Notes under the pieces: generated by a model
Told to the model about the DNA's origin: nothing
The model's input: the letters and a program-made list of their open reading frames with translations, nothing else
Databases searched by the model: none
Assembly (NCBI GenBank): GCA_963701455.1
Contig: CAVPAE010000001.1
Span: 15,549-79,548 of the forward strand
From: an uncultured Gammaproteobacteria bacterium
GTDB taxonomy: Bacteria > Pseudomonadota > Gammaproteobacteria > UBA9214
Length of the DNA: 64,000 bases
Reading direction: 5' to 3'
Translations under genes and position numbers: made by a program
Shown: positions 9,591 to 19,414 of the stretch, piece by piece
Layout of the letters: each line of letters begins with the position of its first letter
Numbering within the stretch: the first letter of the stretch is position 1

Positions 9591-9616
9591 ATTATATTAA
9601 CCTTTTATGAACATGA
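9591..9616 (-). promoter_or_regulatory. Putative promoter of the A/V-ATPase operon: perfect -10 with adjacent 11-bp-period repeats
   Basis: Minus strand reads TGTTCATAAAAGGTTAATATAAT, with TATAAT at 9591-9596. Plus-strand units TATTAACCTTT (9595) and TATGAACATGA (9606). Confidence 0.45.
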
Positions 9617-9654
9617 AGTTTTGCCGACTCGGGGAGCCGTTCCAGGTTCCGGAC

Positions 9655-11010
9655 TCAGAGCAGGAACACGGTCGCCAGCCCCAGGAAGCTCATGAACCCC
9701 ACCACATCCGTGACCGTGGTCAGCACCACCGCTCCCGCCAGGGCCGGGTCTATGCCCAGACGGTCCATGACAAGCGGGATGGTAATCCCGGAAAAGGCGG
9801 CCACCATCAGGTTGACCACCATGGCTGCGGACAGCACCAGGCCGATGCCGGGATCGCCAAACCAGGCATAGGCTATAAACCCCACTACCAGGGCCCAGAG
9901 CATGCCATTGAGGAAAGCAATGGCCAGTTCCTTGCGTGCCAGCCACAGGCGATTGGCAACGCTCACCCGGCCCATTGCCAGGCCCCGGATCACCAGGGTC
10001 AGGGTCTGGCTGCCGGCGATACCGCCCATGCTGGCAACGATCGGCATCAGCACCGCCAGGGCGACCAGCTGGGCCAGCGTCGCCTCGAACAGGCCGATCA
10101 CCCAGGAGGCGAGAAACGCCGTACCCAGGTTGATGCCCAGCCACAGGGCACGGCGCCTGGCGCTCGGCAGCACCGGGGCGAAGAGGTCCTCTTCTTCGTC
10201 CAGGCCGGCCATGTTCATCAGCTGATGCTCTGCCTCGGTGCGGATCACGTCCACCACGTCGTCAATCGTGATGCGTCCTATCAGGTAACCAGCAGCATCG
10301 ACCACCGCCACAGAGACCAGGTCCCGGCGTTCGAACAGCTGCGCCACCTCGGTCTCGGGCATGTCCACCGGCACATAATCGGCATCCTCGACCATCACCT
10401 CGGCGACGCTGAGCTCCGGCTGGTTGATCAGCAGGCTGGAGATCGGCAGTTTGCCGATGTAGATGCCTTCACGGTCCAGCACCATCAGGCCGTCAGTATT
10501 GTCCGGGAGCGACTCGCGGCGACGCAGGTAGCGCAGCACCACTTCCAGGCTGACATCGGCACGCACCGCCACAGCACTCACATCCATCAACCGGCCGGCG
10601 CTGTCCTCCGGATAGGCCAGCGTGGCTTCCAGGCGCTCGCGCCCTTCCGGGTCCAGGGACTCCCGGATTGCGTCGCCATATTCCTCCGGGATGCTCTCAA
10701 CCAGGTCAACCAGATCGTCCAGTTCCAGAGCGCCCACCGCCGTGGCCACATCGTGCGGATCCATCTGCTCGATCAGGCTGTCCCTGGCCACGTCGTCCAG
10801 GTGTGAAATCACCTCACCGGCAGTTTCCTCCGGCATGAAATTCCAGAGGTGTTCGCGGTCGGGTTCCGGTATCGAGGCCACCAGGTTGGCACTGTCCGCC
10901 GGATGCAGATCGGCGAGCGCATCACGCAGGCGATCATCATCGCCCGCGTCGATGGCCGACATCACCTCCTCGACCAGTTGTTCCTTGTCTATGACTGCCG
11001 TCTCGTTCAT
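9655..11010 (-). CDS. mgtE: Magnesium transporter MgtE
   Basis: MgtE N domain (LADLHPADSA), CBS pair (YPEDSAGRLM; GRITIDDVVDVI), TM region with PIVASMGGIAGSQT and DPALAGAVVLTTVTDVVGF. Start taken at MNETAV. Confidence 0.96.
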   Translation of the reverse strand: MNETAVIDKEQLVEEVMSAIDAGDDDRLRDALADLHPADSANLVASIPEPDREHLWNFMPEETAGEVISHLDDVARDSLIEQMDPHDVATAVGALELDDLVDLVESIPEEYGDAIRESLDPEGRERLEATLAYPEDSAGRLMDVSAVAVRADVSLEVVLRYLRRRESLPDNTDGLMVLDREGIYIGKLPISSLLINQPELSVAEVMVEDADYVPVDMPETEVAQLFERRDLVSVAVVDAAGYLIGRITIDDVVDVIRTEAEHQLMNMAGLDEEEDLFAPVLPSARRRALWLGINLGTAFLASWVIGLFEATLAQLVALAVLMPIVASMGGIAGSQTLTLVIRGLAMGRVSVANRLWLARKELAIAFLNGMLWALVVGFIAYAWFGDPGIGLVLSAAMVVNLMVAAFSGITIPLVMDRLGIDPALAGAVVLTTVTDVVGFMSFLGLATVFLL

Positions 11011-11387
11011 TGCTGCTTCTCTGGTGATATACCCGGGTGCCCGGGCGTGGCGGATCCCGCGAAGCAGGCAATTTGACATACAAATTGCTCAGGGGGAACA
11101 GGAACTGCACAGTCGTTCTGGAGAAGTGTCCAGCGATAACGAAGTCGGCCCGATCAATGGCGGTGAGAGATAATCCAGGACATGCGAGAACCACAGGATG
11201 CTGCCTGTAGTCTGTTGCTGCCGAATCGGGGTGATACGAGGTGGGGAGGGTTAACCCCGGGGATTTATACAGCGCCCGAGACAGAAATGCCGTCTAGCTT
11301 ACTGGAACTTCCCTGACAGATTTTACCGTTATTCCCGGGGACGCAATTTCAGCGGACAGCAGACTGGGATAGGCAGGGACGCTGGAT

Positions 11388-11810
11388 TCAGGGCAGCAGC
11401 GCCATGGCCAGCGGCGTCGGTGCCGACTGCATGGCCAGGAGATCGTCGGAGTATTCCTCTATGTCCTCACTGATGCGGTCCAGCTCGTTTTTCGCACTTT
11501 CATAGCGTGCCTTTTTATAACTGGCATAGAGCAATCCACCCGGCATGATGACCGTGATGAGCGCATCGCCGCCATCCATTTGCTTGTCAGCAACGAGTTG
11601 CGTGAGCTCCTGCTTGCGCTGTATCAGTCGACTGCGCAGCAGCCTGACATCTTCAACAAGCGCATCGCGATCAACGTACGGCAGTTGAACGGTGAGTTGT
11701 GCTGGCGCCGCTCCGGAGACCTGCAGCTGTTCCGCAGATGCAGGCTGCACCAGGGATGCAGTGCTAATGGTCGCGATCAGGGCAAACAGTTTTCCCGAAA
11801 AATTGCTCAT
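11388..11810 (-). CDS. Exported hypothetical protein (140 aa)
   Basis: ATG at 11810 with GGAG; signal peptide MSNFSGKLFALIATISTASLVQPASA; coiled coil plus hydrophobic DALITVIMPGGLLYA segment. Confidence 0.65.
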   Translation of the reverse strand: MSNFSGKLFALIATISTASLVQPASAEQLQVSGAAPAQLTVQLPYVDRDALVEDVRLLRSRLIQRKQELTQLVADKQMDGGDALITVIMPGGLLYASYKKARYESAKNELDRISEDIEEYSDDLLAMQSAPTPLAMALLP

Positions 11811-12007
11811 AAACACTCCACTGGCGTGCGGCCATGTTTTGGCTGCTGGGATAAATTCGTACAATTTTATCACATTTCAGAAGGGTATTTTTATAGGGAA
11901 TACAAATACCGGCATAGAATCATGCGTTTAGATGCGAATAGAAGCAGGAATCACGGGAAAAGTATTGCGAATCAACTTGCGCAGGCAACTCCATGCCAAG
12001 CATATTT

Positions 12008-12092
12008 CGTCATTGCGAGCAAAGCGAAGCAATCTCCAACTATTGCTCCCATAGATGGAGATTGCTTCGTCACTCCGTTCCTCGCAATGACG
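12008..12092. repeat. Extragenic palindromic (REP/MITE-like) element
   Basis: Perfect arms CGTCATTGCGAG (12008-12019 / 12081-12092) and CGAAGCAATCTCCA (12025-12038 / 12056-12069), separated by an internal loop. Confidence 0.8.
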
Positions 12093-12194
12093 AGTAAATA
12101 TAAAACTGCGCAAAGTCCGCGCCACAAAGCCATGCGATTTGCCTGGTGGCCTGTTTACAATTTCAAGACAGGTTCTGGTCAAACAGCTTCTCTC

Positions 12195-12228
12195 TGAACC
12201 TGTCCTGCGTACGCACAGGACAGGTTCA
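12195..12228. terminator. Stem-loop downstream of cysC (possible terminator)
   Basis: 13-bp perfect inverted repeat TGAACCTGTCCTG / CAGGACAGGTTCA with an 8-nt loop; no clear U-tract. Confidence 0.45.
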
Positions 12229-12282
12229 TTGCTGCAACTGCAGCGCATGTTGTTACCGTCAGGAAAATTCTCATTACAGCCT

Positions 12283-12984
12283 TCAGGCAATTTCACCTGC
12301 CTTCCGACTGAGCAGGACTTCATCTTCCAGTGCGGGGCAGATGCCCTGCTCTATCAAATAGGCAATCACCTCATCCGCAAGTGCATCAGGCGTTTTTTCG
12401 GCTGCAGAGACAACCAGCTCCGCTGACACGGGAGATTCGTATGGGTCATCAACACCGGTGAAGCCCTTTATCTCTCCCGCCCGTGCCTTTTTGTACAAAC
12501 CCTTGGGGTCCCGCGACTCGCAGACTTCTATCGGGGTATCAACGAAGACCTCGATGAACTCTCCCGGAAGCAGGTTGTTCCGCACCCGGTCACGATCAAT
12601 ACGGTAGGGACTGATGAAGGCTGTCAGCCCGATGATGCCGGCCTCGGAGAAGAGTTGTGCAACCGCACCAATGCGCCGGATATTCTCTTCCCGGTCAATT
12701 GCCGAAAACCCGAGACCAAAACGCTGCGCGAACTCCTCGCTGTGGGCTTCCTTGAGCATCGACGATCCGGCATTGAGGGTATGACGGACATTGTCCCCGT
12801 CCAGAACCGCACTGTGCATACCCAACTGGTGAAGTTTATGATCCAGGGCATTGGCGATCGTGCTTTTGCCCGAACCACTCAGGCCGGTGAACCAGATCAC
12901 GCAGCCTTTATGTCCGTTGAGGGACTCCCGGCTGCTGCGGTTTACCTGATGTTCATGCCAGGTCACATTCGTGTCGTTAGTCAT
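12283..12984 (-). CDS. cysC: Adenylyl-sulfate (APS) kinase
   Basis: [61 protein letters not shown]. Confidence 0.96.
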   Translation of the reverse strand: MTNDTNVTWHEHQVNRSSRESLNGHKGCVIWFTGLSGSGKSTIANALDHKLHQLGMHSAVLDGDNVRHTLNAGSSMLKEAHSEEFAQRFGLGFSAIDREENIRRIGAVAQLFSEAGIIGLTAFISPYRIDRDRVRNNLLPGEFIEVFVDTPIEVCESRDPKGLYKKARAGEIKGFTGVDDPYESPVSAELVVSAAEKTPDALADEVIAYLIEQGICPALEDEVLLSRKAGEIA

Positions 12985-13197
12985 TCACTGCTCCAGTTAT
13001 GTAAAAAATCATTCTGTTTCTGGCAACCTGTATTTATACATTCAGGCTAACCTGTTTGCATATCGTCCTTAAGTCCATGCAGACAGGAACAACCTTGTTG
13101 CCGGGACTGGCCGCACATTTCATTCATGCTGGTTCCCGGGATTTTCCAGGGCTTTCACTTAACACCTGGATCCGGGGCATGTCACATCAAAACCCAT

Positions 13198-13580
13198 TCA
13201 CGCGGCAGTACCGCCGGAAGCTGCGGCATCCATACCCTGCCGAGTCGCGGCGCTGACTTCCATTTCGAGTTCCTGCAACAACGCCATGGCATCACTACCT
13301 GTGCTGACATGTGACGGGTGCACAAATACAATCCGTGTTTGATCGTCTTGCCGGCAAAGCGAGACATGCAGCGGGCGCAAAGCAAGCATGACGGGATCGA
13401 GGTTACTGATAGGGTTGGCATACCAGGGGCTGCAGAACACCATGGCACGAACTCCCTGCAGCCCGTTGCGATTGCAGTCATCACCCCAGCGACCCGAATA
13501 ACGCGCCAGGACCTTCCCCATATTCGGCTTAAATATGAGACATCTTTTATGCTTTACAATGTCTTATGTATTTATTTACA
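13198..13580 (-). pseudogene. Degenerate DUF302-like protein
   Basis: IFKPNMGKVLARYSGRWGDDCNRNGLQGVRAMVFCSPWYAN..SNLDPVMLALRPLH resembles DUF302-type proteins of sulfur oxidisers. In-frame TAA at 13564-13566, no start or signal peptide, and the usual LCP motif reads LRP. Confidence 0.55.
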
Positions 13581-13764
13581 GGTTGTTTCCAGGTCTTGCG
13601 GAACCTCCCTGGCAAGTATACCCAATGGGCTGGACTCCTCCTTGCGCAAGCCGGTAAAGCTGCTGCTGGACGTTTGTAAACTGACCCGCAGCATACCAAA
13701 TTACGGGTTGCAGTGATGCAGACGGCAGCCTGCCCACCGGCAACCCGGAGTCAGATCATGCAAA

Positions 13765-14082
13765 CTAGGTGATTGTGGCGCTGGCCGAATCGCTGTCGCC
13801 CGTGTTGTCCTTCCAGCTCATCTCGATCTCCTCACCCGGAGCACCACCCGTGAAGGTGAAGGACAGGAACGGGTTCATCGCGATGGTCGGCCCCCACTCG
13901 GCCGTCATCACCGGTTCGCCCTGGTAACTGCAGCTGATCTCCCGAATGTAGTGACTCGGCACCAGTTCGCCGCTCTCCTTGTCTTTGCGTCGACCGGTCT
14001 CCATCGGGTGTTTGATCAGCGCCTTGACGGTGGTTTCCCCGTTCTCTGCTTTGGCTTTCAACTTTATGCTATTGCTGGCCAT
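13765..14082 (-). CDS. soxZ: Sulfur carrier SoxZ
   Basis: VKALIKHPMETGRRKD...VPSHYI, AMNPFLSF, WKDNTG. Confidence 0.95.
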   Translation of the reverse strand: MASNSIKLKAKAENGETTVKALIKHPMETGRRKDKESGELVPSHYIREISCSYQGEPVMTAEWGPTIAMNPFLSFTFTGGAPGEEIEMSWKDNTGDSDSASATIT

Positions 14083-14137
14083 GGTGTGCTATACCTCGAG
14101 ATAATTTATACCTGTATTCGTTACACGATGCCGGTTA

Positions 14138-14611
14138 TCACCCACAGCCGCCAATCGTGACCTTGACGGGCGTCCGCGCACTGTAGAGCTTGTCACCCGA
14201 TTTCACCACCGCAATGATGTCGGCCGACTCGGCCACCTTGACCCGTATGGAAAGTTCCGGCTTCATACGCTTGCCCAGTTGAAAGACACCGCACAGGGGG
14301 CTGGGATTTTTCTCCACCAGTATCGCAATCGATTGCACACCGGACAGCGTGGTTGTCACCGCAACCGGTACGACGGCACCGTTCTCGGGGTTAGAAGGCA
14401 CATCAAGGATGACTTCGGCGGATTCCGTCACTGCATCGCTGCCCATGCCTTCCTTCAGGGCAGCACCGATGGTATCGGCCTTGAATGCTGACTCGTTCCA
14501 GGCTGCAAACACCGCCCTGGGCATCAGCAGACCAGCACCCACCGCCATGCCGACCGTCCCGGCCGCCAGCGAGGCCTTCAGGAAAAGCCTGCGTCTCATC
14601 TCTGTATTCAT
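14138..14611 (-). CDS. soxY: Sulfur carrier SoxY
   Basis: Tat motif RRRLFLK, PENGAVVPV, ILVEKNPSP, C-terminal VKVTIGGCG. ATG at 14611 follows AAGGAG. Confidence 0.95.
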   Translation of the reverse strand: MNTEMRRRLFLKASLAAGTVGMAVGAGLLMPRAVFAAWNESAFKADTIGAALKEGMGSDAVTESAEVILDVPSNPENGAVVPVAVTTTLSGVQSIAILVEKNPSPLCGVFQLGKRMKPELSIRVKVAESADIIAVVKSGDKLYSARTPVKVTIGGCG

Positions 14612-14634
14612 CAATTCCACTCCTTAAACAACGA

Positions 14635-14652
14635 GGTCCGCATATGCGGACC
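14635..14652. promoter_or_regulatory. 18-bp perfect palindrome between fccB and soxY
   Basis: GGTCCGCATATGCGGACC; could be an mRNA-stabilising hairpin or an operator. Confidence 0.4.
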
Positions 14653-14683
14653 CCGTATACTTATTGCCAGTCATCTACCGGCT

Positions 14684-15961
14684 TCAGCCAAAGGTATCGC
14701 TGGTAATGTTATTGAACCAGCTGTGGGCGTACTGCACTTCGCGCGCGCGATCTTCCGGCGAGCTGTCCATCGGCGTCAGGCCACCGGACCCCTCGACCTT
14801 GGCGACCTTGCCGTCCACCAGATTGTAAACCATGGCGACCGAGATACCGTCATCCGGAGCCACAATGCTGTAGCAGGTATTCACCCAGGAGGGCGTCCCC
14901 GGTTCACGGCCGTTGACGAGATCCACTACCGCCGCTGCCACGACCTTTGCCTCGGAGTTGGCGGCATAGCCTGACTTCGGCAACGGATCCTGGATAGCGG
15001 CATCGCCGATCACGTGGATACCCTTGTGGATGGTCGACTCGAAGGTCTTGCCGGTAACCGGGCACCAGCCACTGTCGTCGGTCAAACCGGCCACCTTGGC
15101 AATCGTACCGGCTACCTGTGCCGGGATAATATTGGCAACAGCCGGCTTGTATTCCTCGAATTCCGTGGCCACCGTGCCGGTCTTGGCATCGACGCTCTTG
15201 ACGCCGCCACCGGTATCGACTGCCTTGACCCATTCAATCATGCCCTTGTAATGCCGGTCCCAGGCCTGGGTGAACAGTCCCTGTTTGGAGAACTTGTCCT
15301 TCTTGTCAAGAATAAGGATCTTGGACTTCGGCTTGTGGGCCTTGAGATAACTCGCAATCTGGCAGGCACGCTCGTACGGGCCGGGCGGACAGCGGAATGG
15401 ATTCGGTGGCGGCGCAATCAACACCATCCCGCCGTCATCCATGGCTTCCAGCTGTTTGCGCAGCAGCGCTGTCTGGGTACCTGCCTTCCAGGCATGCGGC
15501 ATCTTCTCGGCGGCAGCCGTGTCATAACCTTTGATATTGTCAACAAAGGAAATACCCGGGGCAACGATACAGCGGTCATAACTGAAGCTCTTGCCACCCT
15601 CGGTGGTAACCTTCTGTGCCTTGGCATCGATAGCGGTAACGGTATCGTGCACCACCGTGACACCGTGCTTGCGCAGACCGTCATAGCCGAACTTGAGTGT
15701 ATCCAGCTTGCGCCCGCCTCCCAGCACCTCGTTACTCATGTAACAGGTGTAGTAATCCTTGTTCGGTTCGATCAGTGTCACCTCGACCGAGGCATCAGCC
15801 CGGCGGATGTACTTGGCGGCAGTAGCGCCAGCGGTTCCGCCACCGACAATTACGACCTGCTTCTTGCCGCCGGCTGCGGCTATCATGGGGAAACCGATCG
15901 CACTGGCAGCCGTGGCACTACCTGCGATCTTGAGGAAATTTCTGCGATTAATCTTGTTCAT
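14684..15961 (-). CDS. fccB: Flavocytochrome c sulfide dehydrogenase, flavoprotein subunit (FccB/SoxF)
   Basis: Tat signal [21 protein letters not shown] motif, [38 protein letters not shown]. Confidence 0.95.
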   Translation of the reverse strand: MNKINRRNFLKIAGSATAASAIGFPMIAAAGGKKQVVIVGGGTAGATAAKYIRRADASVEVTLIEPNKDYYTCYMSNEVLGGGRKLDTLKFGYDGLRKHGVTVVHDTVTAIDAKAQKVTTEGGKSFSYDRCIVAPGISFVDNIKGYDTAAAEKMPHAWKAGTQTALLRKQLEAMDDGGMVLIAPPPNPFRCPPGPYERACQIASYLKAHKPKSKILILDKKDKFSKQGLFTQAWDRHYKGMIEWVKAVDTGGGVKSVDAKTGTVATEFEEYKPAVANIIPAQVAGTIAKVAGLTDDSGWCPVTGKTFESTIHKGIHVIGDAAIQDPLPKSGYAANSEAKVVAAAVVDLVNGREPGTPSWVNTCYSIVAPDDGISVAMVYNLVDGKVAKVEGSGGLTPMDSSPEDRAREVQYAHSWFNNITSDTFG

Positions 15962-15976
15962 GATACTGTGTCTCCC

Positions 15977-16555
15977 CTACTGTTGACTGGCAAAGAACTG
16001 CAACAAGGCTTCAAGCTCGTCATCACTGAGCTTGTCTACCTTCTTCTTCATCTTCTTGACCATCTCCCTTGATCCCGCCTGGAAGTCCGCCATGGAATAC
16101 TGCAGGTAGGGGAGCCATTGACTGGCCAGGATACCGGAATCATCATCGGCGAGAGTACCGTATTTATCATGGCATTTTTCACAGTTTGCTCCATACAGTT
16201 TCTTACCAGCTGCCACCTTGGCGGCATCCGTCTCCTGTCTGGTTATTGCAATCGGCTGTTTTGCGAAAACACTGGCCATGAGCTTGAACTCTTCCTCACT
16301 GTAGCCCTTGGCAATACGACCCATGACCGTGCTGGGGCGCTCACCACTCTTGAAGGCCTTCATGGAATCGACCATGTATACCTCTGACATTCCGGCGATG
16401 GATGGTGTGGCGGGTCCTGTGCTGGCGCCATCGGTACCATGACAACCGGCACAGGTATCTGCCAGCATGGTTGCGGTAGGTGCAGCTGACGATTGTGCGG
16501 CACCCAGCAACAGACCGGATCCCAATAGCACTGCGAGTGTTTTCCTTGCAGACAT
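15977..16555 (-). CDS. fccA: Flavocytochrome c sulfide dehydrogenase, diheme cytochrome subunit
   Basis: Signal peptide; CAGCH and CEKCH heme motifs; directly upstream of fccB. Start taken at MSARKTL. Confidence 0.92.
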   Translation of the reverse strand: MSARKTLAVLLGSGLLLGAAQSSAAPTATMLADTCAGCHGTDGASTGPATPSIAGMSEVYMVDSMKAFKSGERPSTVMGRIAKGYSEEEFKLMASVFAKQPIAITRQETDAAKVAAGKKLYGANCEKCHDKYGTLADDDSGILASQWLPYLQYSMADFQAGSREMVKKMKKKVDKLSDDELEALLQFFASQQ

Positions 16556-16786
16556 TAGAGTGACTCCTCTCTTATTAATTAGTGACAACATATCAGAAGA
16601 CTTCAAAAGGGTGACAAGGTCAGATCTTCCTGCTTCCCCCGGAGAAATTCTGTTGCAGGTCAAGCCTGCGTATTAATCTGCCTGCTATCTTGCCCCCTGT
16701 CGAGGATCAGGCTTGCTGACAGTTGTATAGCAAACTATAGTTCGGTATTCATGCCTTTTCCATCGGCATAACCGAATCCTACCCTA

Positions 16787-19303
16787 CTATAATGACCAGT
16801 GGAACCCGTCTCTCCTGTCAGAACAGCTGCGGTGTTTTTTGTTAATGATTATCTTTTGCAATCGCAGCGCATTCAGCACAACAAACAGGGAACTGAATGA
16901 CATTCCCAGTGCGGCACCCCATGGCGGGATCCAACCGGCGGCGGCAAACGGCACCGCAAATAGATTATAGGCCCCCGCCCAGACAAAATTTTGCATGATA
17001 TTGCGACGCGTCCGACGGGCAAGCCGCCGTGCAGCGACCAGCGCGCCCGCATCATCCCCCAGTATCAGAAAGTCGCTGCTTGCATTCGCCAGATCCGTAG
17101 CATCGGAAAATGAAATCGATACATCAGCGGCGGCCAGCGTGGGGGCATCATTGATGCCATCACCAAACATGGCCAGCTGTTGTCCCGGTGCCTGCTGTGC
17201 CCGCGTCCAGTCCAGTTTGTCGGCCGGTGACAACCCGCCGTGTGCCTCTTCTATACCCAGCTGCCTTGCCAGTCTCAGCACACTGTCTGGCGCATCACCG
17301 CTGAGTATCACCAGCCGCCGCACGCCGCTGTCTTTCAGGCCGGCAAGCATCGTATCGATACCCGGCCGTAGCGGGTCTTCAAATGTCAGCACGGCCTGTA
17401 CGCCCTCGGGACTGGCCAGCACGGAGACCAGTTGGCCGCGCGCGCGGCCGGCTGCAATGATGGCCCTGCTGTGTTCGTCATAGGCCATGTCAGGTGCCGC
17501 AAAGTCTGGTTTTCCGAAGCGCCACTCACGCCCCTCGATCAAGGCGCAGATGCCGGCACCGGGCACGTTTTCCACCGCTGTGGTGACAATTCGCGGGACC
17601 GGCACGACCTGACGCAGTGCGCCCGATACCGGGTGCGCAGACTCGGCCGCGAGGGCGGATGCATAGCGCAGGCACGTCTGTTCATCCAGGCCAGCGGTCG
17701 GCATCACTGCGGCAACGGCAGGCCGCCCTGCCGTCAGGGTACCGGTCTTGTCGAACACAAACAGATCGCTGCGCGCCAGGGCATCCAGTGCCCGCATCCG
17801 CAGCGGCAACACACCCATGTCGATAAAGCGACCGGCACTGACCGCCAGCGCTACCGGTGTCGCCAGCGCCAATGCACAGGGACAGGTCACGATGAGAACG
17901 GCAATGGTGCTGGGCAGCCAGTTGCCCGGGTCCGTTAACAGCCAGTAGGCGGCGGTTGCCGTTGCAATCAGCAGCAGCACAATGACAAAACCACTCGCAA
18001 CCTGTTCCGCCAGCAGCGCATAGCGGGGCCGCTGTTCCAGACCCCGCTCCACCAACTGCCGGATTTCGCTGACAGCCGAATGTTGTACCGTTTGGGTCAC
18101 CCGGATCGTCAGCGGTTGTTCACCATTCACCGAGCCGGCAACCACTGCATCACCCGGCCGCTTCAGTACCGGCCCGGCTTCACCCGTCAGCAGGGATTCA
18201 TCGAAGCTGCTGGTGCCGGTAACCAGGGCCCCGTCCACCGGCAGGGTTTCTCCGGGCAACAGCCGGATAAGGTCACCCACTGCCAGTTCATCAACCGGAA
18301 TGTCAACTGCCGCACCCGCCGCATCCAGCCTGGATGCTGTCCGTGGAGTGATACGCGTCAGCCGCTCCAGCCGGTCGGCTGCACTGAGTTTGCCGCGCAA
18401 TTCCCAGCGCCGCGCCAGCAGCAGAAAGAAAATAAACATGGCGATGGAATCGAAGTACACCTCGCCGTGCCCGGTCACCGTGGCATACAGGCTGCCGATG
18501 AATGCGGCAGACAAACCCAGTACCACGGGGACATCCATGCCGAGGCGTCGATGCCTGAGATCGTTCCAGGCAGCGGCGAAAAACTCCTGGCCGGGATAGG
18601 CAAGCAACATTATCGAGAGCAGCAGGCTGGTCCAGCGGCCCAGCGTGATCCACAGGGGCAGCGCACCCGCCGGACCGGCATCGTCCATGACATAGGTGGC
18701 CAGTGAAAAATTCATCACCAGCATGCCGATGGCGCCGGCGAAAATCAGGCGCTCGGTACTGCGCCGGCGTCGCAGCCGGTTGAGTTGTTCGCTGCGCGTG
18801 GCGTCAAAGGGATAGGCAATGTAGCCAATATCGGTGATGGCACGCAGGATCTCGCTGAGCCGGATGGTGTGCGGGTCCCAGCGCACGCGGGCCCGCTGCG
18901 TGGTGTCATCGATATGCACGTCGAGCACGCCGGGCAGGCTGCGTAAATGCCGCTCATTCAGCCACAGACAGGCAGGACAGCGGATGTTATCCAGCAGCAG
19001 CGCCGCCTCCCGGGCATCACCGACGTGAATAACAAAGTCCTGCTGGATTTCCGGCCGATCGAACAGTTCCACCTGCTTGAGGAAGTCCGGCACAAACTCG
19101 CGGTTGGCGGATACGGCCGGATCGGTACGGTGCCGGTAGTAGTCGTCCAGGCCGGCATCAACGATGGCCTTGCAGACGGCATGGCAACCATGGCAGCAGA
19201 ATTCACGCGGCTCGCCCAGGACCTCGATGACAGGGATCGGCGCGCAGGCCGGGAGTGGCAGGCCGCAATGAAAACAGCGGGGTTCCGCAGCATCCGTCGA
19301 CAT
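16787..19303 (-). CDS. ccoI: Heavy-metal P1B-type ATPase, CcoI/FixI type
   Basis: N-terminal CFHCG...FCCHGC, CPAC HMA domain, TGE, CPCALALATP, DKTGTLT, GDGINDAP. Confidence 0.9.
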   Translation of the reverse strand: MSTDAAEPRCFHCGLPLPACAPIPVIEVLGEPREFCCHGCHAVCKAIVDAGLDDYYRHRTDPAVSANREFVPDFLKQVELFDRPEIQQDFVIHVGDAREAALLLDNIRCPACLWLNERHLRSLPGVLDVHIDDTTQRARVRWDPHTIRLSEILRAITDIGYIAYPFDATRSEQLNRLRRRRSTERLIFAGAIGMLVMNFSLATYVMDDAGPAGALPLWITLGRWTSLLLSIMLLAYPGQEFFAAAWNDLRHRRLGMDVPVVLGLSAAFIGSLYATVTGHGEVYFDSIAMFIFFLLLARRWELRGKLSAADRLERLTRITPRTASRLDAAGAAVDIPVDELAVGDLIRLLPGETLPVDGALVTGTSSFDESLLTGEAGPVLKRPGDAVVAGSVNGEQPLTIRVTQTVQHSAVSEIRQLVERGLEQRPRYALLAEQVASGFVIVLLLIATATAAYWLLTDPGNWLPSTIAVLIVTCPCALALATPVALAVSAGRFIDMGVLPLRMRALDALARSDLFVFDKTGTLTAGRPAVAAVMPTAGLDEQTCLRYASALAAESAHPVSGALRQVVPVPRIVTTAVENVPGAGICALIEGREWRFGKPDFAAPDMAYDEHSRAIIAAGRARGQLVSVLASPEGVQAVLTFEDPLRPGIDTMLAGLKDSGVRRLVILSGDAPDSVLRLARQLGIEEAHGGLSPADKLDWTRAQQAPGQQLAMFGDGINDAPTLAAADVSISFSDATDLANASSDFLILGDDAGALVAARRLARRTRRNIMQNFVWAGAYNLFAVPFAAAGWIPPWGAALGMSFSSLFVVLNALRLQKIIINKKHRSCSDRRDGFHWSL

Positions 19304-19414
19304 GCTTTAGCGTCCAGGCTGCAGGAGCGGGCCGCGTCCGCAATAGCAAGGGTGGCAAGACCTTTCGCGGACGCGGTCCGCTCCTGCAGGATGATTGATA
19401 TCAATAATCGGGCG

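Noticed and set aside
11011-11387. Possible M-box (Mg2+) riboswitch upstream of mgtE
   Set aside because: I could not find the conserved M-box sequence blocks; an Rfam scan would settle it.
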